Assembly (NCBI GenBank): GCA_030748415.1
Contig: JASMMA010000014.1
Location: forward strand, 180-64,179
Source: Planctomycetota bacterium
GTDB taxonomy: Bacteria > Planctomycetota > UBA1135
Reading direction: 5' to 3'
DNA length: 64,000 nucleotides
Made by a program: the position numbers and the translations under genes
Notes under the pieces: model-generated
Databases searched by the model: none
The model's input: only the letters and a program-made list of their open reading frames with translations
What the model was told of the DNA's origin: nothing
Shown: positions 20,019-29,461 of the stretch, piece after piece
Layout of the letters: every line of letters starts with the position of its first letter
Numbering within the stretch: position 1 is the stretch's first letter

Positions 20019-20846
20019 TTAAAAAGTAATCCCGAGCGCAGCGTAAGGACCGGTGAGGGCGAGTTCCATGTCCATGGTACCCATTCCAAAGTCGCCTTCT
20101 TTGACTTCAACATTCAGGTCAATGTCGCGGTATCCGACCAGCAATTCCGCATTGTCTGTTAGTGCATAGTTGAGGTTTAGGTCCAGGTCCCAATAGTCCA
20201 CGACAACATCTTCGACATCAATGGAGATTCCTGAGTATTCACCCCCAAAGCGGAGGCCGGTAATGGGGATGTCAGCATCGAGACGAATGCCCCCCATGGG
20301 AACGAGGAGGTCTTCGTTTGAAATCGCGGAAACGGTGTCGCCTTGATTGATCGTGCCAACGCTTTCGGCGGCTTCAATTGAGAAGGTGTTAAAACCGAGT
20401 TGGTCAACTCCAGCAAGAAGGCCCACTCGAACAACTCCAGAGTTAAAGATATCCAAGCCAAGCATGAGCTTTTGAACCTGGAGGTCCATGGTCGTGTTAA
20501 CGGCTAGGTCATCGTTCCAAGGTTGGCCCATAAATTCTCCGGTCACGGCCATATTTCCACTGTGGATTGAGTCAACTCCGAACTGAGAGTACACGATTTC
20601 TAGAGGAGCAAAGCCAATTCTGGCACCACCATAGAAGACATTCTCAGAGCCGGACGGGATATCCAGGCTTCCTTCCGTAATGTCTCCATTTTGATCTAAA
20701 GTCAAGTTGTCAAGAGCTCCACTCGAATCCGATTGGAGCATCCCGCCAAAGGCGTTGATATGGGCGCCGCTCCAGGCGGCATCGCCGGGCAGGGCGCATG
20801 CAACTGTAAAAAGAAAGGGAAGCAGGAGTAGGTGAATGTTTTTCAT
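20019..20846 (-). CDS. Outer-membrane beta-barrel protein
   Basis: Signal peptide with TVAC; amphipathic strands; VGYR; C-terminal GPYAALGITF. Confidence 0.7.
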   Translation of the reverse strand: MKNIHLLLLPFLFTVACALPGDAAWSGAHINAFGGMLQSDSSGALDNLTLDQNGDITEGSLDIPSGSENVFYGGARIGFAPLEIVYSQFGVDSIHSGNMAVTGEFMGQPWNDDLAVNTTMDLQVQKLMLGLDIFNSGVVRVGLLAGVDQLGFNTFSIEAAESVGTINQGDTVSAISNEDLLVPMGGIRLDADIPITGLRFGGEYSGISIDVEDVVVDYWDLDLNLNYALTDNAELLVGYRDIDLNVEVKEGDFGMGTMDMELALTGPYAALGITF

Positions 20847-20863
20847 GTTTGATTTGAGGAGGG

Positions 20864-21769
20864 TCATTCCAGGAACCCGTTCAGGAAATCATAAAGCCGC
20901 TCCCCTGAATCTTCACGGAGGATTTCGGAGCTTCGGCGAAGAGAAGCGGCGCAAATTTCGCGGCGAAAATGAGGATCAATTAATTGTCGGTCCAGTATGC
21001 GAGCAAATGAGTGCGAATCCTTGGAATCGCCAAGAGGCCATGCCCCTTGAAGAGTTTCAGGATATGCGCCTGAGTCCATGGCAACCCCACACGCCCCACA
21101 TTGGAGGGCCTCGATGAGTTGAGATGGGTTATGTGCACCTTGTTTGGGGGCAATAACGGCCTCCGCCGCCGAATGAAGGGCATGGATTTGATTGGGGCTC
21201 AATTTGGGAAGGCATAAGAGCCCCGGAATTCTGTTCGCTTGTGAGACTTCTTGGGGAAGGACGAACTGCATGCCAGCGATGGGGGCTTGGCTGGATTGGA
21301 ATGCCTGAATACTCACAGGGATGGATGGGTCATGTTCATTTCCGGGTAGGTGAAAAAAGAAAGGGCGATTGATTCCAAGTTCGCATAGGATTTTTGCATA
21401 CTCGTTTTGCTCAAGAGGTCGAACTTCGTTCCGTGGAGGGGAATGAACTAAAATCGAATCTTCCGGAAAACTCGGAAAATGAAAGTTGAACCGCTCTAGA
21501 GAATATTTAGAGGGCAGAACGACACCAGAGGCCCGTTGCACGGATCGGATAATGCGTTCGGAATGGTGTCGCGATTCTCCATGATCAAGGGATTCGAAAG
21601 AATCCAAGCAGAGGATTTTTGGGGACTTGCCTAAACGAGGGAGTTTAGGTTTGAAGGAAAGTACTAGGTCGCAACCCCAACTTTGGGTTTGAAGTTGAAA
21701 TCCTCCCCTTTCTAGACATTCCCGAAATTGGCTTGCAGGTTCCGATCTTCCGGAAAGGGCGATTTTCAT
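20864..21769 (-). CDS. Glycosyltransferase, GT4-like (divergent, short)
   Basis: LIEALQCGACGVAMDSGAYPE resembles the GT4 EAxxxG motif; PSKYS; 4-bp overlap with the kinase gene. Confidence 0.65.
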   Translation of the reverse strand: MKIALSGRSEPASQFRECLERGGFQLQTQSWGCDLVLSFKPKLPRLGKSPKILCLDSFESLDHGESRHHSERIIRSVQRASGVVLPSKYSLERFNFHFPSFPEDSILVHSPPRNEVRPLEQNEYAKILCELGINRPFFFHLPGNEHDPSIPVSIQAFQSSQAPIAGMQFVLPQEVSQANRIPGLLCLPKLSPNQIHALHSAAEAVIAPKQGAHNPSQLIEALQCGACGVAMDSGAYPETLQGAWPLGDSKDSHSFARILDRQLIDPHFRREICAASLRRSSEILREDSGERLYDFLNGFLE

Positions 21770-23157
21770 TTTGTGAGAAAAGGAATCATGGCTTGCCCTC
21801 TTTTTTGAAGACGAGCCGCAGTAGCGAACTCAAGGTGAGGAAGAATGGATATGCCGTACTGTTTTAACCCGAAGAGGAGATCGCGAGCAGGGACAGTTTT
21901 GTAAAGACCCACATGAAGGGCGGCCAAGTCCTTCGCGGCCTCGGTGGGGCGTAGCTGTCTGCGAAGAAAACGATTTCGGTCGTGATCGATCAGTACGAAT
22001 CGGTTTTCAGTTGAAGCATCTTGGTTAACAAGAATGTTGCTGGGTTTGAGGTCCCGGTAGTACACACCGCTTTGATGAAGACGAAGAGTGAAGGCGCCTA
22101 GCTCTTGGAGGAGCTTTCGCCGCTCTTTTTGTGAAAGTTCAGCAAGTGAATCTTGAAGCCTAGGGAGATGAGATAAATCTTCCAATAAGAGGAAGGAGCC
22201 CACCGATGAATCAGACCAACAAGCAAGTGGTTTGGCCGCTTGGATATTGCGGCGTTGAAGCGACTCAGCGGCAAATAAGGATTTGAGCGCTTTTGAAAAA
22301 CCAAATGCATTTCGGAGGTCCAAGCGCTTTGTGGGTCGGTAGTGCTTGTAAACAGCTGAAGAGCTATCCGGGAGAACGGCCAGGTGTACTGAAGATGGAG
22401 ATTCCGCTTTGTCCTTTAGTAAGGTCCTTGTTTGAATGGTCTGGGTGTCAAACGAATCGATTCTCCAAATAGCTGGATGGGTCCCATGGGCTTCTCTTTT
22501 TGCTCGGCGATCCAAGTTGCACTGATGCTCGCGGAATCTAACCCAGCCGGCCTTTTCCATTTCAGGAGGCGCAATGTTTCCAGAGTAGGCGTTGGAAAGA
22601 GTGAGGAGGAGTTCGGTTGGAAGGGGATTCAGCCTTGAAAGAAGGTGCCCAAAATCAAGGAGTCTCGCAGTTGATGAGGAAGATGAGCGAAGAGTTTTAA
22701 GGTCGGTTAAAAAAATGTCCTCGTTATCGTGAAGGAGATTCCAAATATGCAAATCACCATGGACTAGATTCGAAGAGTGAAGTTTTGAGACAAGAGCGCC
22801 GAGTTTCTTAAGCAGGCGGGGGTTTTGAATTAGTTTCTCTCGGTCTAAGGAGCTTGATTCGCCATAATCAGTCAGGAAAAGTAAATAGTCATCAGCATTC
22901 TGCACGACCGCCCATGCTTGAACGCATGGGACGCCTTCTTCTTGAAGGAGCCCTGAGTTCTGAAACTCAAGAAGGGCGCCTTTGCGAGCTTTATTGCCCG
23001 AGCCGAAGTTTTTCATGAATAGAGTGTTGCCCCAAGGGCCATCGATAAAAAACCGAAAGTACTTCCGCCCTCCTGAGCCTTCCCCCAGATTTTTCGAAGA
23101 ACTCAGCTTTTGGAGGTAATGTCCCTCAAATGCATTTGCGGCGCAGATAATTTTCAT
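21766..23157 (-). CDS. LPS kinase (Kdo/WaaP/InaA family) with two tandem kinase domains
   Basis: Two catalytic loops: LHSSNLVHGDLHIWNLL..LTDL and LHQSGVYYRDLKPSNIL..LIDHD. Confidence 0.8.
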   Translation of the reverse strand: MKIICAANAFEGHYLQKLSSSKNLGEGSGGRKYFRFFIDGPWGNTLFMKNFGSGNKARKGALLEFQNSGLLQEEGVPCVQAWAVVQNADDYLLFLTDYGESSSLDREKLIQNPRLLKKLGALVSKLHSSNLVHGDLHIWNLLHDNEDIFLTDLKTLRSSSSSTARLLDFGHLLSRLNPLPTELLLTLSNAYSGNIAPPEMEKAGWVRFREHQCNLDRRAKREAHGTHPAIWRIDSFDTQTIQTRTLLKDKAESPSSVHLAVLPDSSSAVYKHYRPTKRLDLRNAFGFSKALKSLFAAESLQRRNIQAAKPLACWSDSSVGSFLLLEDLSHLPRLQDSLAELSQKERRKLLQELGAFTLRLHQSGVYYRDLKPSNILVNQDASTENRFVLIDHDRNRFLRRQLRPTEAAKDLAALHVGLYKTVPARDLLFGLKQYGISILPHLEFATAARLQKRGQAMIPFLTK

Positions 23158-23160
23158 GCC

Positions 23161-24990
23161 CTATTCAACCAGAAGATCACCGTAGCCGAGTTGCTCCAGG
23201 AGTTCTTTTCTGTTTTCTGTCAGGTCAACTTTGCCAACAGTAGCTTTTAACTCCTCCAGAATGAATTGAATTGCAACATCAAACCCCTTGGGTCCTGGTA
23301 GAGAGGATGGCCAATTTTTCTCTTTAGGATCATTCTTAAGGTTTACGAACCCACTTCGTGAGGGAATAGGGGTTCCAGATTTGTCCAGCTCAGTTATCCA
23401 CTTCCAGTCGCCTTGGCGTATGGCGATTCGGTTTGTGTCTCGTGCGACATGGATTCTTCCAACGCTTGGATTGTCCAACAAATTGACTCCATCAAAGTCG
23501 AGGCTCGAAATATCAAAGCCGCATCGAGCAAGGAGGGTGGGGGCAATATCTTCAAGAAAGGCCTCGTCCAACTTTTTATGAGGAATACCGGGTCCATGTA
23601 GAACAAAGGGAACTTGGAGCACTTCTTCAAATACATGTTTCCTGTGGCCAGTAAGGTTGTGCTCCAAAAAGAACTCACCATGATCACCGGTGATAGCGAT
23701 AATCGTGGGCCTTTTTTTTGCTTGGATAGCCTCAAGCACTTTCCCTAATTGTGCGTCGAGGAAGTCCACTTCTTCCAGGTAAGCGGGAAAATCAATTCCC
23801 AACACTGTGCCGGAATTAGCATTCCTTGGCCGAGTCTGCGCAAACTCGTCTGGAGCGTTGTAGGGGTCGTGCGGGTCCATGTAGTGAAGGAAAAAGAAAT
23901 ACGGGCTCTTGAAAGTAGAAAGGGCTTCTAAAGAATTCAGTGCCTTGTCAGTTGTGCGATATCCAAGACCAAGGTCCTGTTCTTCAGCTGGGAAGCGAGT
24001 GCTGCCATCGCTATAGAAAGCAACCTTGGCGATAGCTTCAAGGTCCTTGGTACCAGTTATCCACCCAATTAATGTTAGTTTTTCAAGGGCACGAATGATG
24101 CGGATATGGTGGCTTTCGAGGACGACCTCATCTGAATAATGGTCAAAGCCCATACTGGGTCCAGTAGGTCGAGCTAACAAACCATTGCTCACGACGGCCG
24201 AAGTGTTCCAGCCCCCTTTTTGAAAGTACTCAGGCAGGTAAGTGACAGAGGTTGGAAAGGCATATGAGTTGTCGAGTAATCCTAGCTTTCCAGTTCCCAA
24301 TCCCGTGAGCATTCCCGCGTGTCCGGGGATGGTTTGATTGGAGGGCGAAATTGCGGCTTCAGCCCAGAGCCCCTTCTCAATGAGGGAGATAAAGTTGGGG
24401 GTATGGGCGCTATTTGGCCCGAGCATGGCGTCTGCACGAATGGTGTCGATTGAAATCAGAACAACATCCGGAGTCTGTTCGGAAACTTGCTTGTCCGATT
24501 CCGAGAACCCAACCTGAGCAGTCTCTGTGTTTATGCTCGGAACCCATCCCCAAAATGCAGCGCTCCAAAGGAAAAGTGAAGCTAGGAGTATGCCACCTGA
24601 AACCATTGGCTTGATGGAGAGTTTTCGGTTCAGGATTGGAGCGAATAGAAAAAGTGGGATGGAAGCCCAAATGCCGGAACTTGGATTTCCGGACCAGTTA
24701 AAAAATTCCTGAGCAGTAAAGGAGATGAGAGGGGCGCAACCCAAAGCGGTGCCCGCCCAAAAACCAGTTGATGGAGCTTGTGGTTGCTTTCTTCGAAGCA
24801 GGCAATAAACCGAGATTAGAAGAGCTAATACGAGCCCTGTAAGAATATTCCCGCCTACACAAACTGAAATGCTATCTCTTAGTCCAAAATCCACATTGAC
24901 CGCCCTTGAGCCCATGCCGCCAAGGGATTGGACAACACCCATGAGCGCAAGGCCGGAGAGGAAAAAAAAGATGAACTTAAGGATGTTCAT
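23161..24990 (-). CDS. Membrane-anchored sulfatase-fold (alkaline phosphatase superfamily) protein, Thr-type
   Basis: About 5 N-terminal TM helices; ISIDTIRAD, QTIPGHAGMLTG, HYMDPHDPY, GDHGE, C-terminal LGY. Confidence 0.85.
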   Translation of the reverse strand: MNILKFIFFFLSGLALMGVVQSLGGMGSRAVNVDFGLRDSISVCVGGNILTGLVLALLISVYCLLRRKQPQAPSTGFWAGTALGCAPLISFTAQEFFNWSGNPSSGIWASIPLFLFAPILNRKLSIKPMVSGGILLASLFLWSAAFWGWVPSINTETAQVGFSESDKQVSEQTPDVVLISIDTIRADAMLGPNSAHTPNFISLIEKGLWAEAAISPSNQTIPGHAGMLTGLGTGKLGLLDNSYAFPTSVTYLPEYFQKGGWNTSAVVSNGLLARPTGPSMGFDHYSDEVVLESHHIRIIRALEKLTLIGWITGTKDLEAIAKVAFYSDGSTRFPAEEQDLGLGYRTTDKALNSLEALSTFKSPYFFFLHYMDPHDPYNAPDEFAQTRPRNANSGTVLGIDFPAYLEEVDFLDAQLGKVLEAIQAKKRPTIIAITGDHGEFFLEHNLTGHRKHVFEEVLQVPFVLHGPGIPHKKLDEAFLEDIAPTLLARCGFDISSLDFDGVNLLDNPSVGRIHVARDTNRIAIRQGDWKWITELDKSGTPIPSRSGFVNLKNDPKEKNWPSSLPGPKGFDVAIQFILEELKATVGKVDLTENRKELLEQLGYGDLLVE

Positions 24991-25084
24991 TTTATGGAGT
25001 CTAGCTTCGCCCCAAGGGGTTTCCCAAGTAGAATGAAGCTCGCCCGATTCCTTGCTGGAGCCCTGGAGTAGTAGGCGAGCCCTC

Positions 25085-25909
25085 ATGAAATTTTCCGTTG
25101 TGATTCCGACCTACAATTCTCCAAGGGAGTTGGAGTTTATTTTGTGTTCTTTGGGTCGCCAAACAAGGCTCCCCGATGAGGTTCTCATTGCAGACGACGG
25201 TTCTGGAGAAGAAACCAAAGCCCTTATCCAAAGCTGGGTCGAAAAACTACCATTTCCAATTCGCCATTGTTGGCATGCTGACCGTGGCTTCCGAAAATCT
25301 CGAATCGTAAATGAGGCCGTTCGTCAATCGACGGGCGACTTTCTTTTGTTTATTGATGGCGATACATTTCCCCATCGCCGCTGGATTGAGGACTATGTCC
25401 GTGCAGCTCCCAACAACACAGTGCTTTGCGGTCGTCGAGTGAAGTTGGGGCCAAAAATATCAGAAACCATTTCCTTCCAGAAGATTGAGGCTGGCGCTTT
25501 TGACTCTCTCAATTCCGCACTCTTGTTTTCTTCCATAATGGGAGATACGAAGCGATTGTCTTTAGGGATTCGTTTGCCTTCTTTTCTTTGTAGGGTTTTG
25601 CATCCAAGAAGTAGAAAGTTGATGGGGGTAAATTTCGGACTTTCCCGCGAGGCATTTTTTGCAGTAAATGGTTATGACGAAGAATGGAAGGTATATGGTT
25701 GCGAAGATCGAGGCCTTGAACTTTGCTTGAGGAATTCCGGATACACGCTGACCCCTTTATTAAACCGAGCGGTTGTTTTTCATGTTTACCACCCAGAGCG
25801 CCCACGCTCTGCTGAAGCTCACCGCTTAATCCGAGCGCAAGAGGGGTCCTGCAAAAAGCGTTGCGTGGTTGGGATTGAACGAACCACAGAATTCGCCACC
25901 GATGAATAA
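25085..25909 (+). CDS. Glycosyltransferase family 2
   Basis: FSVVIPTYN, IADDGS, FIDGD, AVNGYDE, YGCED, HVYH. Confidence 0.93.
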   Translation: MKFSVVIPTYNSPRELEFILCSLGRQTRLPDEVLIADDGSGEETKALIQSWVEKLPFPIRHCWHADRGFRKSRIVNEAVRQSTGDFLLFIDGDTFPHRRWIEDYVRAAPNNTVLCGRRVKLGPKISETISFQKIEAGAFDSLNSALLFSSIMGDTKRLSLGIRLPSFLCRVLHPRSRKLMGVNFGLSREAFFAVNGYDEEWKVYGCEDRGLELCLRNSGYTLTPLLNRAVVFHVYHPERPRSAEAHRLIRAQEGSCKKRCVVGIERTTEFATDE

Positions 25910-27819
25910 TGAGTCGCGAGTGCGTTAGGATGAAACGAATGTTACGAGGATTGCTTGCAGGAGCTGGTTGGTTTGCCCTGGTCGATGGCGGCTTTGGGCT
26001 TGCATTCCCCCAAGTTTTAATGAGAGAGGCTCTAGTTCTCGCATTGATGGGCGCCCTCCTGGCTGCAACCGCCTTCCGTTTAATTTTTGGGTCCCTTTTG
26101 CCCCGCTTGGTTAAATCCGAGGCGGAAACTTTCTGGGTAGGCGTGGGCCTTGCGTTACCACCTTTCCTCTCAAACTGGATTTCCCCCTTTTATCTGAGTC
26201 TCTTGGCCATTCCTGCGATGGTCATCTTCGCGCCACGGCTCAGGGCAATTCTCCCCTTTCAAAGGGTTTCCTTGGTAGCTGCATCAGCGCCCTACATCAT
26301 TGGGTTGCTCCTTTTCCTAGCTCCCTCCTCATTGGAAAAGCCAGCTGATATTCAGACCCATCTTTCTTTTCCAGAGAATCATGAGCCCTTGTTAGGCCCC
26401 AACGTACTTCTCGTTTCGGTGGACACTCTTCGGGCTGACCGGGTCCTTGAACTTGCAGACCGCCTTCCTCATTTGACGGAACTTCGAAATAGGGGGTCTT
26501 GGGCTTCTTTTGGGTTGGCAACTTCGAACCAAACATTGCCATCTCATGTTTCAATGTTGACGGGCCTTCCTGTTTTGCAGCATGGAGTTAGGGACAACAG
26601 AGATAAGCTTCCTCTTCAAAACATACCTTTCTTAGCAGAACGATTTCAAGAGGCCGGCTGGAACACGGCTGGAATTGTGATGAATGGTTTTTTGAGAGGG
26701 GACTCAGGATTTTCTCAAGGCTTTGATCTTTACGAAGACACGCTCGCTCGGCGTCCTGGCATTCATGGTGCTGCCCGCCATGCAACTCAAGCCCACTCCT
26801 GGCTTGGTTGGATCAGCCCATTTGCACTGTCTCGAATTTGGTTTCCGTATTTACTGCCGCCACCCACCGAAGACTCCCAGGCAATGGCAGATGGCAACAA
26901 TGCTCTTGGTCATGCAAAGGCAATCTTGAATGAGCTAAATGGAAGAAATCAGCCATGGTTTATGTTCTTTCATCTTTTAGATCCACACTTCCCTTATGCA
27001 CCACCTTCTCCTTGGTCAGGCTCTTTTTTCGAAATTGAGTCGATTCCTGAATCCTTGCGAGAAAACACTGCTGGGTCCTGGGACCTTATGAGGTTTCTTG
27101 AGAAAGATATCCGCTTGGTGGAAGTTGAAGGGCAAACTCCTGAGCAAGCGTCGAGGCACCGTGATGCTCGGGTCGCCGCTCGTGCCCTCATGGACTTATA
27201 CGACGAGGAGATTCTATATGTTGATTCTCTCATGGGAGAACTCATAAAGGCTGCATCGCTGGATGTGCGTCCCACTGTTATTCTTTTCACATCCGACCAT
27301 GGGGAACATTTTGGAGAGCATGACCTAATTTTGCACAGCCGTGGAATGTATGAGGAGCTGCTTCGGGTCCCCTTTATTGTTGTTGGCCACGGAATGAAGG
27401 GTGGGGAAATGTCGATTACACCACATCTGGAAGATGTTGCCCCCACGCTTCTCGGCCTTGCCGGACTTTCAACCGATGGCTTTCCTGGGCGAGACCTTAG
27501 TCAAACCTTGTCGCTAAAGGAGGACAGACAGCGAGCCCACATCGAAAGGGCAGGAATGGAGTTGACCATTCGACATCAAGAATGGAAGCTCCATGTTCGC
27601 CTTCGACTCCGTGGGAATGAAGCCCTAGAGCTATACAACTTGAATGAGGATCCCGGTGAGGCTCGCAACTTACTCCAATTCAATGAAGAGAAAGTCCAAG
27701 AATTGATGAAGATGGTTGAAACCGCTTTATCTCATTCATCGGGCTCGTCGGAACGCAACTCGAACCCTGAACAACAAGCTCTATTGGAGCACTTGGGATA
27801 TGTCGAAGAGGGGAGCTGA
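25909..27819 (+). CDS. Membrane-anchored sulfatase-fold protein, Thr-type
   Basis: N-terminal TM helices; VSVDTLRAD, QTLPSHVSMLTG, DPHFPY, SDHGE, C-terminal LGY. Confidence 0.85.
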   Translation: MSRECVRMKRMLRGLLAGAGWFALVDGGFGLAFPQVLMREALVLALMGALLAATAFRLIFGSLLPRLVKSEAETFWVGVGLALPPFLSNWISPFYLSLLAIPAMVIFAPRLRAILPFQRVSLVAASAPYIIGLLLFLAPSSLEKPADIQTHLSFPENHEPLLGPNVLLVSVDTLRADRVLELADRLPHLTELRNRGSWASFGLATSNQTLPSHVSMLTGLPVLQHGVRDNRDKLPLQNIPFLAERFQEAGWNTAGIVMNGFLRGDSGFSQGFDLYEDTLARRPGIHGAARHATQAHSWLGWISPFALSRIWFPYLLPPPTEDSQAMADGNNALGHAKAILNELNGRNQPWFMFFHLLDPHFPYAPPSPWSGSFFEIESIPESLRENTAGSWDLMRFLEKDIRLVEVEGQTPEQASRHRDARVAARALMDLYDEEILYVDSLMGELIKAASLDVRPTVILFTSDHGEHFGEHDLILHSRGMYEELLRVPFIVVGHGMKGGEMSITPHLEDVAPTLLGLAGLSTDGFPGRDLSQTLSLKEDRQRAHIERAGMELTIRHQEWKLHVRLRLRGNEALELYNLNEDPGEARNLLQFNEEKVQELMKMVETALSHSSGSSERNSNPEQQALLEHLGYVEEGS

Positions 27820-29434
27820 GATTACTCGCCGTTCAGCTTTTTTAACAGGAGCAGTTTTTGGCATTCTTTTGGCGTTGGCTGAAGGGATTGGAATTTTAAG
27901 TTGGAAATCGCTCTCTCATGGCGCGATTTTTTACGGAGGCGTCTTTGGTTGTGTTTGCATTTTGCCTCGAAAATTCCTCCCTCGAATTCCGCCAGTGCTC
28001 TTAAAGTCAGTTGCCACACTTCTCTTGTTTTTGGTGGCTATGGGAGTGTGGGGGAATGGAGCTTGGCAAAGGGAAGCCAATCCAGAGCACCCCGATATTC
28101 TCCTCATAACTTTAGATACAACTCGTGCAGATCGGTGGTACGAAGTTTCCAAATCTTTCGGCGGCGATGGTTTTGATGAGGGGAGTTTTCAATTCCCGAT
28201 TACTTACACACCCACGGGGCTCACCGCTCCTGCTCACGCCAGCTTATTCACGGGCCTACACCCACACCAACATGGTGTTTTGAATAACGGTGGCAACCTC
28301 TCCGGAGGCGTCAGTTTGCCGAAATCTCTTCGCGGGGCTGGTTTCTACACGATGGCGGCGCCATCAGTCATCCATCTTGATCCCGCATTTGGCTTTTCGG
28401 CCGGCTTCCAAGAATTCGCACACGTGGAAGAGGGTGTGAGGGGCAAGTTTCGAGACCTGCGCCATTTCCGTTTGATTCGCCCTCTCTTTGCGATGTTTGG
28501 AGCTGGTCAAGTTACGAGGCCTGGTGCAGAAACTTTAAGTAAAGCGCTCCAACTTTGGGAGTCCGCACCTCCGAATCGCCCACGGTTTTTGTGGACACAC
28601 CTTTTTGAGCCCCATTGGCCCTACGAACCCCCCTCCAAGGAGTTTTTGCAAGCCTCTGATATGCAAGCTTGGGAAACGGGGCCCTCTCCGGGGTACCCTG
28701 CTTCCGAAGTGCGGACATGGCAAGTTGCTTACGATGCCGAACTTCTTTATTCGCGGAAAATTCTCGCTGGCTTCCTAAAGAGAATCCAAGAAAAACGAAC
28801 GGCGACCGCCCGCCCCCTATGGGTTTTCTTTACCGCCGACCACGGCGAAGCTTTAGGTGAGCATGGCGCGACGGATCATGGAGACCTTCTATACGAAGAA
28901 CAGATTCGTGTTCCTTTCTGGTTGAAAATACCAGGAGTTCAAGCCGGATCAAATCAAACACCAATTTCTCATGTTGATTTTTTTCCGAGTTTGATAGACC
29001 TTCTCAACCTTGAACCTCAAGAGAATCTTCCGGGCCGCTCTTGGGCGCCGGCGTTGTTCGGGCATCCCATTCCGGAGGTGCCTGTTTACGCTGAATCACG
29101 GCACGCATCCTTTGATAACGCAATGTGTCGTTATGCAAATGTGAAGCTTGTCCGGAACTTAGTCGTTTCGTCCGAGCAAATGAAGCGGAAACCGCGTCCA
29201 TCTCAAGGTGTCCCCGAATCAGTTTCTTGGCTTAAGCCCTGGGAAGCCTACGACCTGATGAACGATCCCCTTGAACTTTCGCGCATGGAAGGGAAGCCTG
29301 CTCCGCCTGCCGACCAGGTTGCGAGTTATTTGAATTTCTTTCTTCGGGAAAGAGGGGAAGTGCCGTCTGAATATGGCAGGAATCGCATCGCCTCAGACAT
29401 CGTAGATGCCTTGCGAGAGTTGGGTTACTTCTAA
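27800..29434 (+). CDS. Membrane-anchored sulfatase-fold protein, Thr-type
   Basis: N-terminal TM helices; ITLDTTRAD, LTAPAHASLFTG, EPHWPY, ADHGE, C-terminal LGYF. Confidence 0.85.
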   Translation: MSKRGAEITRRSAFLTGAVFGILLALAEGIGILSWKSLSHGAIFYGGVFGCVCILPRKFLPRIPPVLLKSVATLLLFLVAMGVWGNGAWQREANPEHPDILLITLDTTRADRWYEVSKSFGGDGFDEGSFQFPITYTPTGLTAPAHASLFTGLHPHQHGVLNNGGNLSGGVSLPKSLRGAGFYTMAAPSVIHLDPAFGFSAGFQEFAHVEEGVRGKFRDLRHFRLIRPLFAMFGAGQVTRPGAETLSKALQLWESAPPNRPRFLWTHLFEPHWPYEPPSKEFLQASDMQAWETGPSPGYPASEVRTWQVAYDAELLYSRKILAGFLKRIQEKRTATARPLWVFFTADHGEALGEHGATDHGDLLYEEQIRVPFWLKIPGVQAGSNQTPISHVDFFPSLIDLLNLEPQENLPGRSWAPALFGHPIPEVPVYAESRHASFDNAMCRYANVKLVRNLVVSSEQMKRKPRPSQGVPESVSWLKPWEAYDLMNDPLELSRMEGKPAPPADQVASYLNFFLRERGEVPSEYGRNRIASDIVDALRELGYF

Positions 29435-29461
29435 TGCGCCGTGTTGCCTTAAACTAAAGGT

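Noticed and set aside
27800-27850. Tat signal (TRRSAFL) on a sulfatase-like protein
   Set aside because: Spacing deviates from S/T-R-R-x-F-L and several TM helices follow; more likely positive-inside residues.
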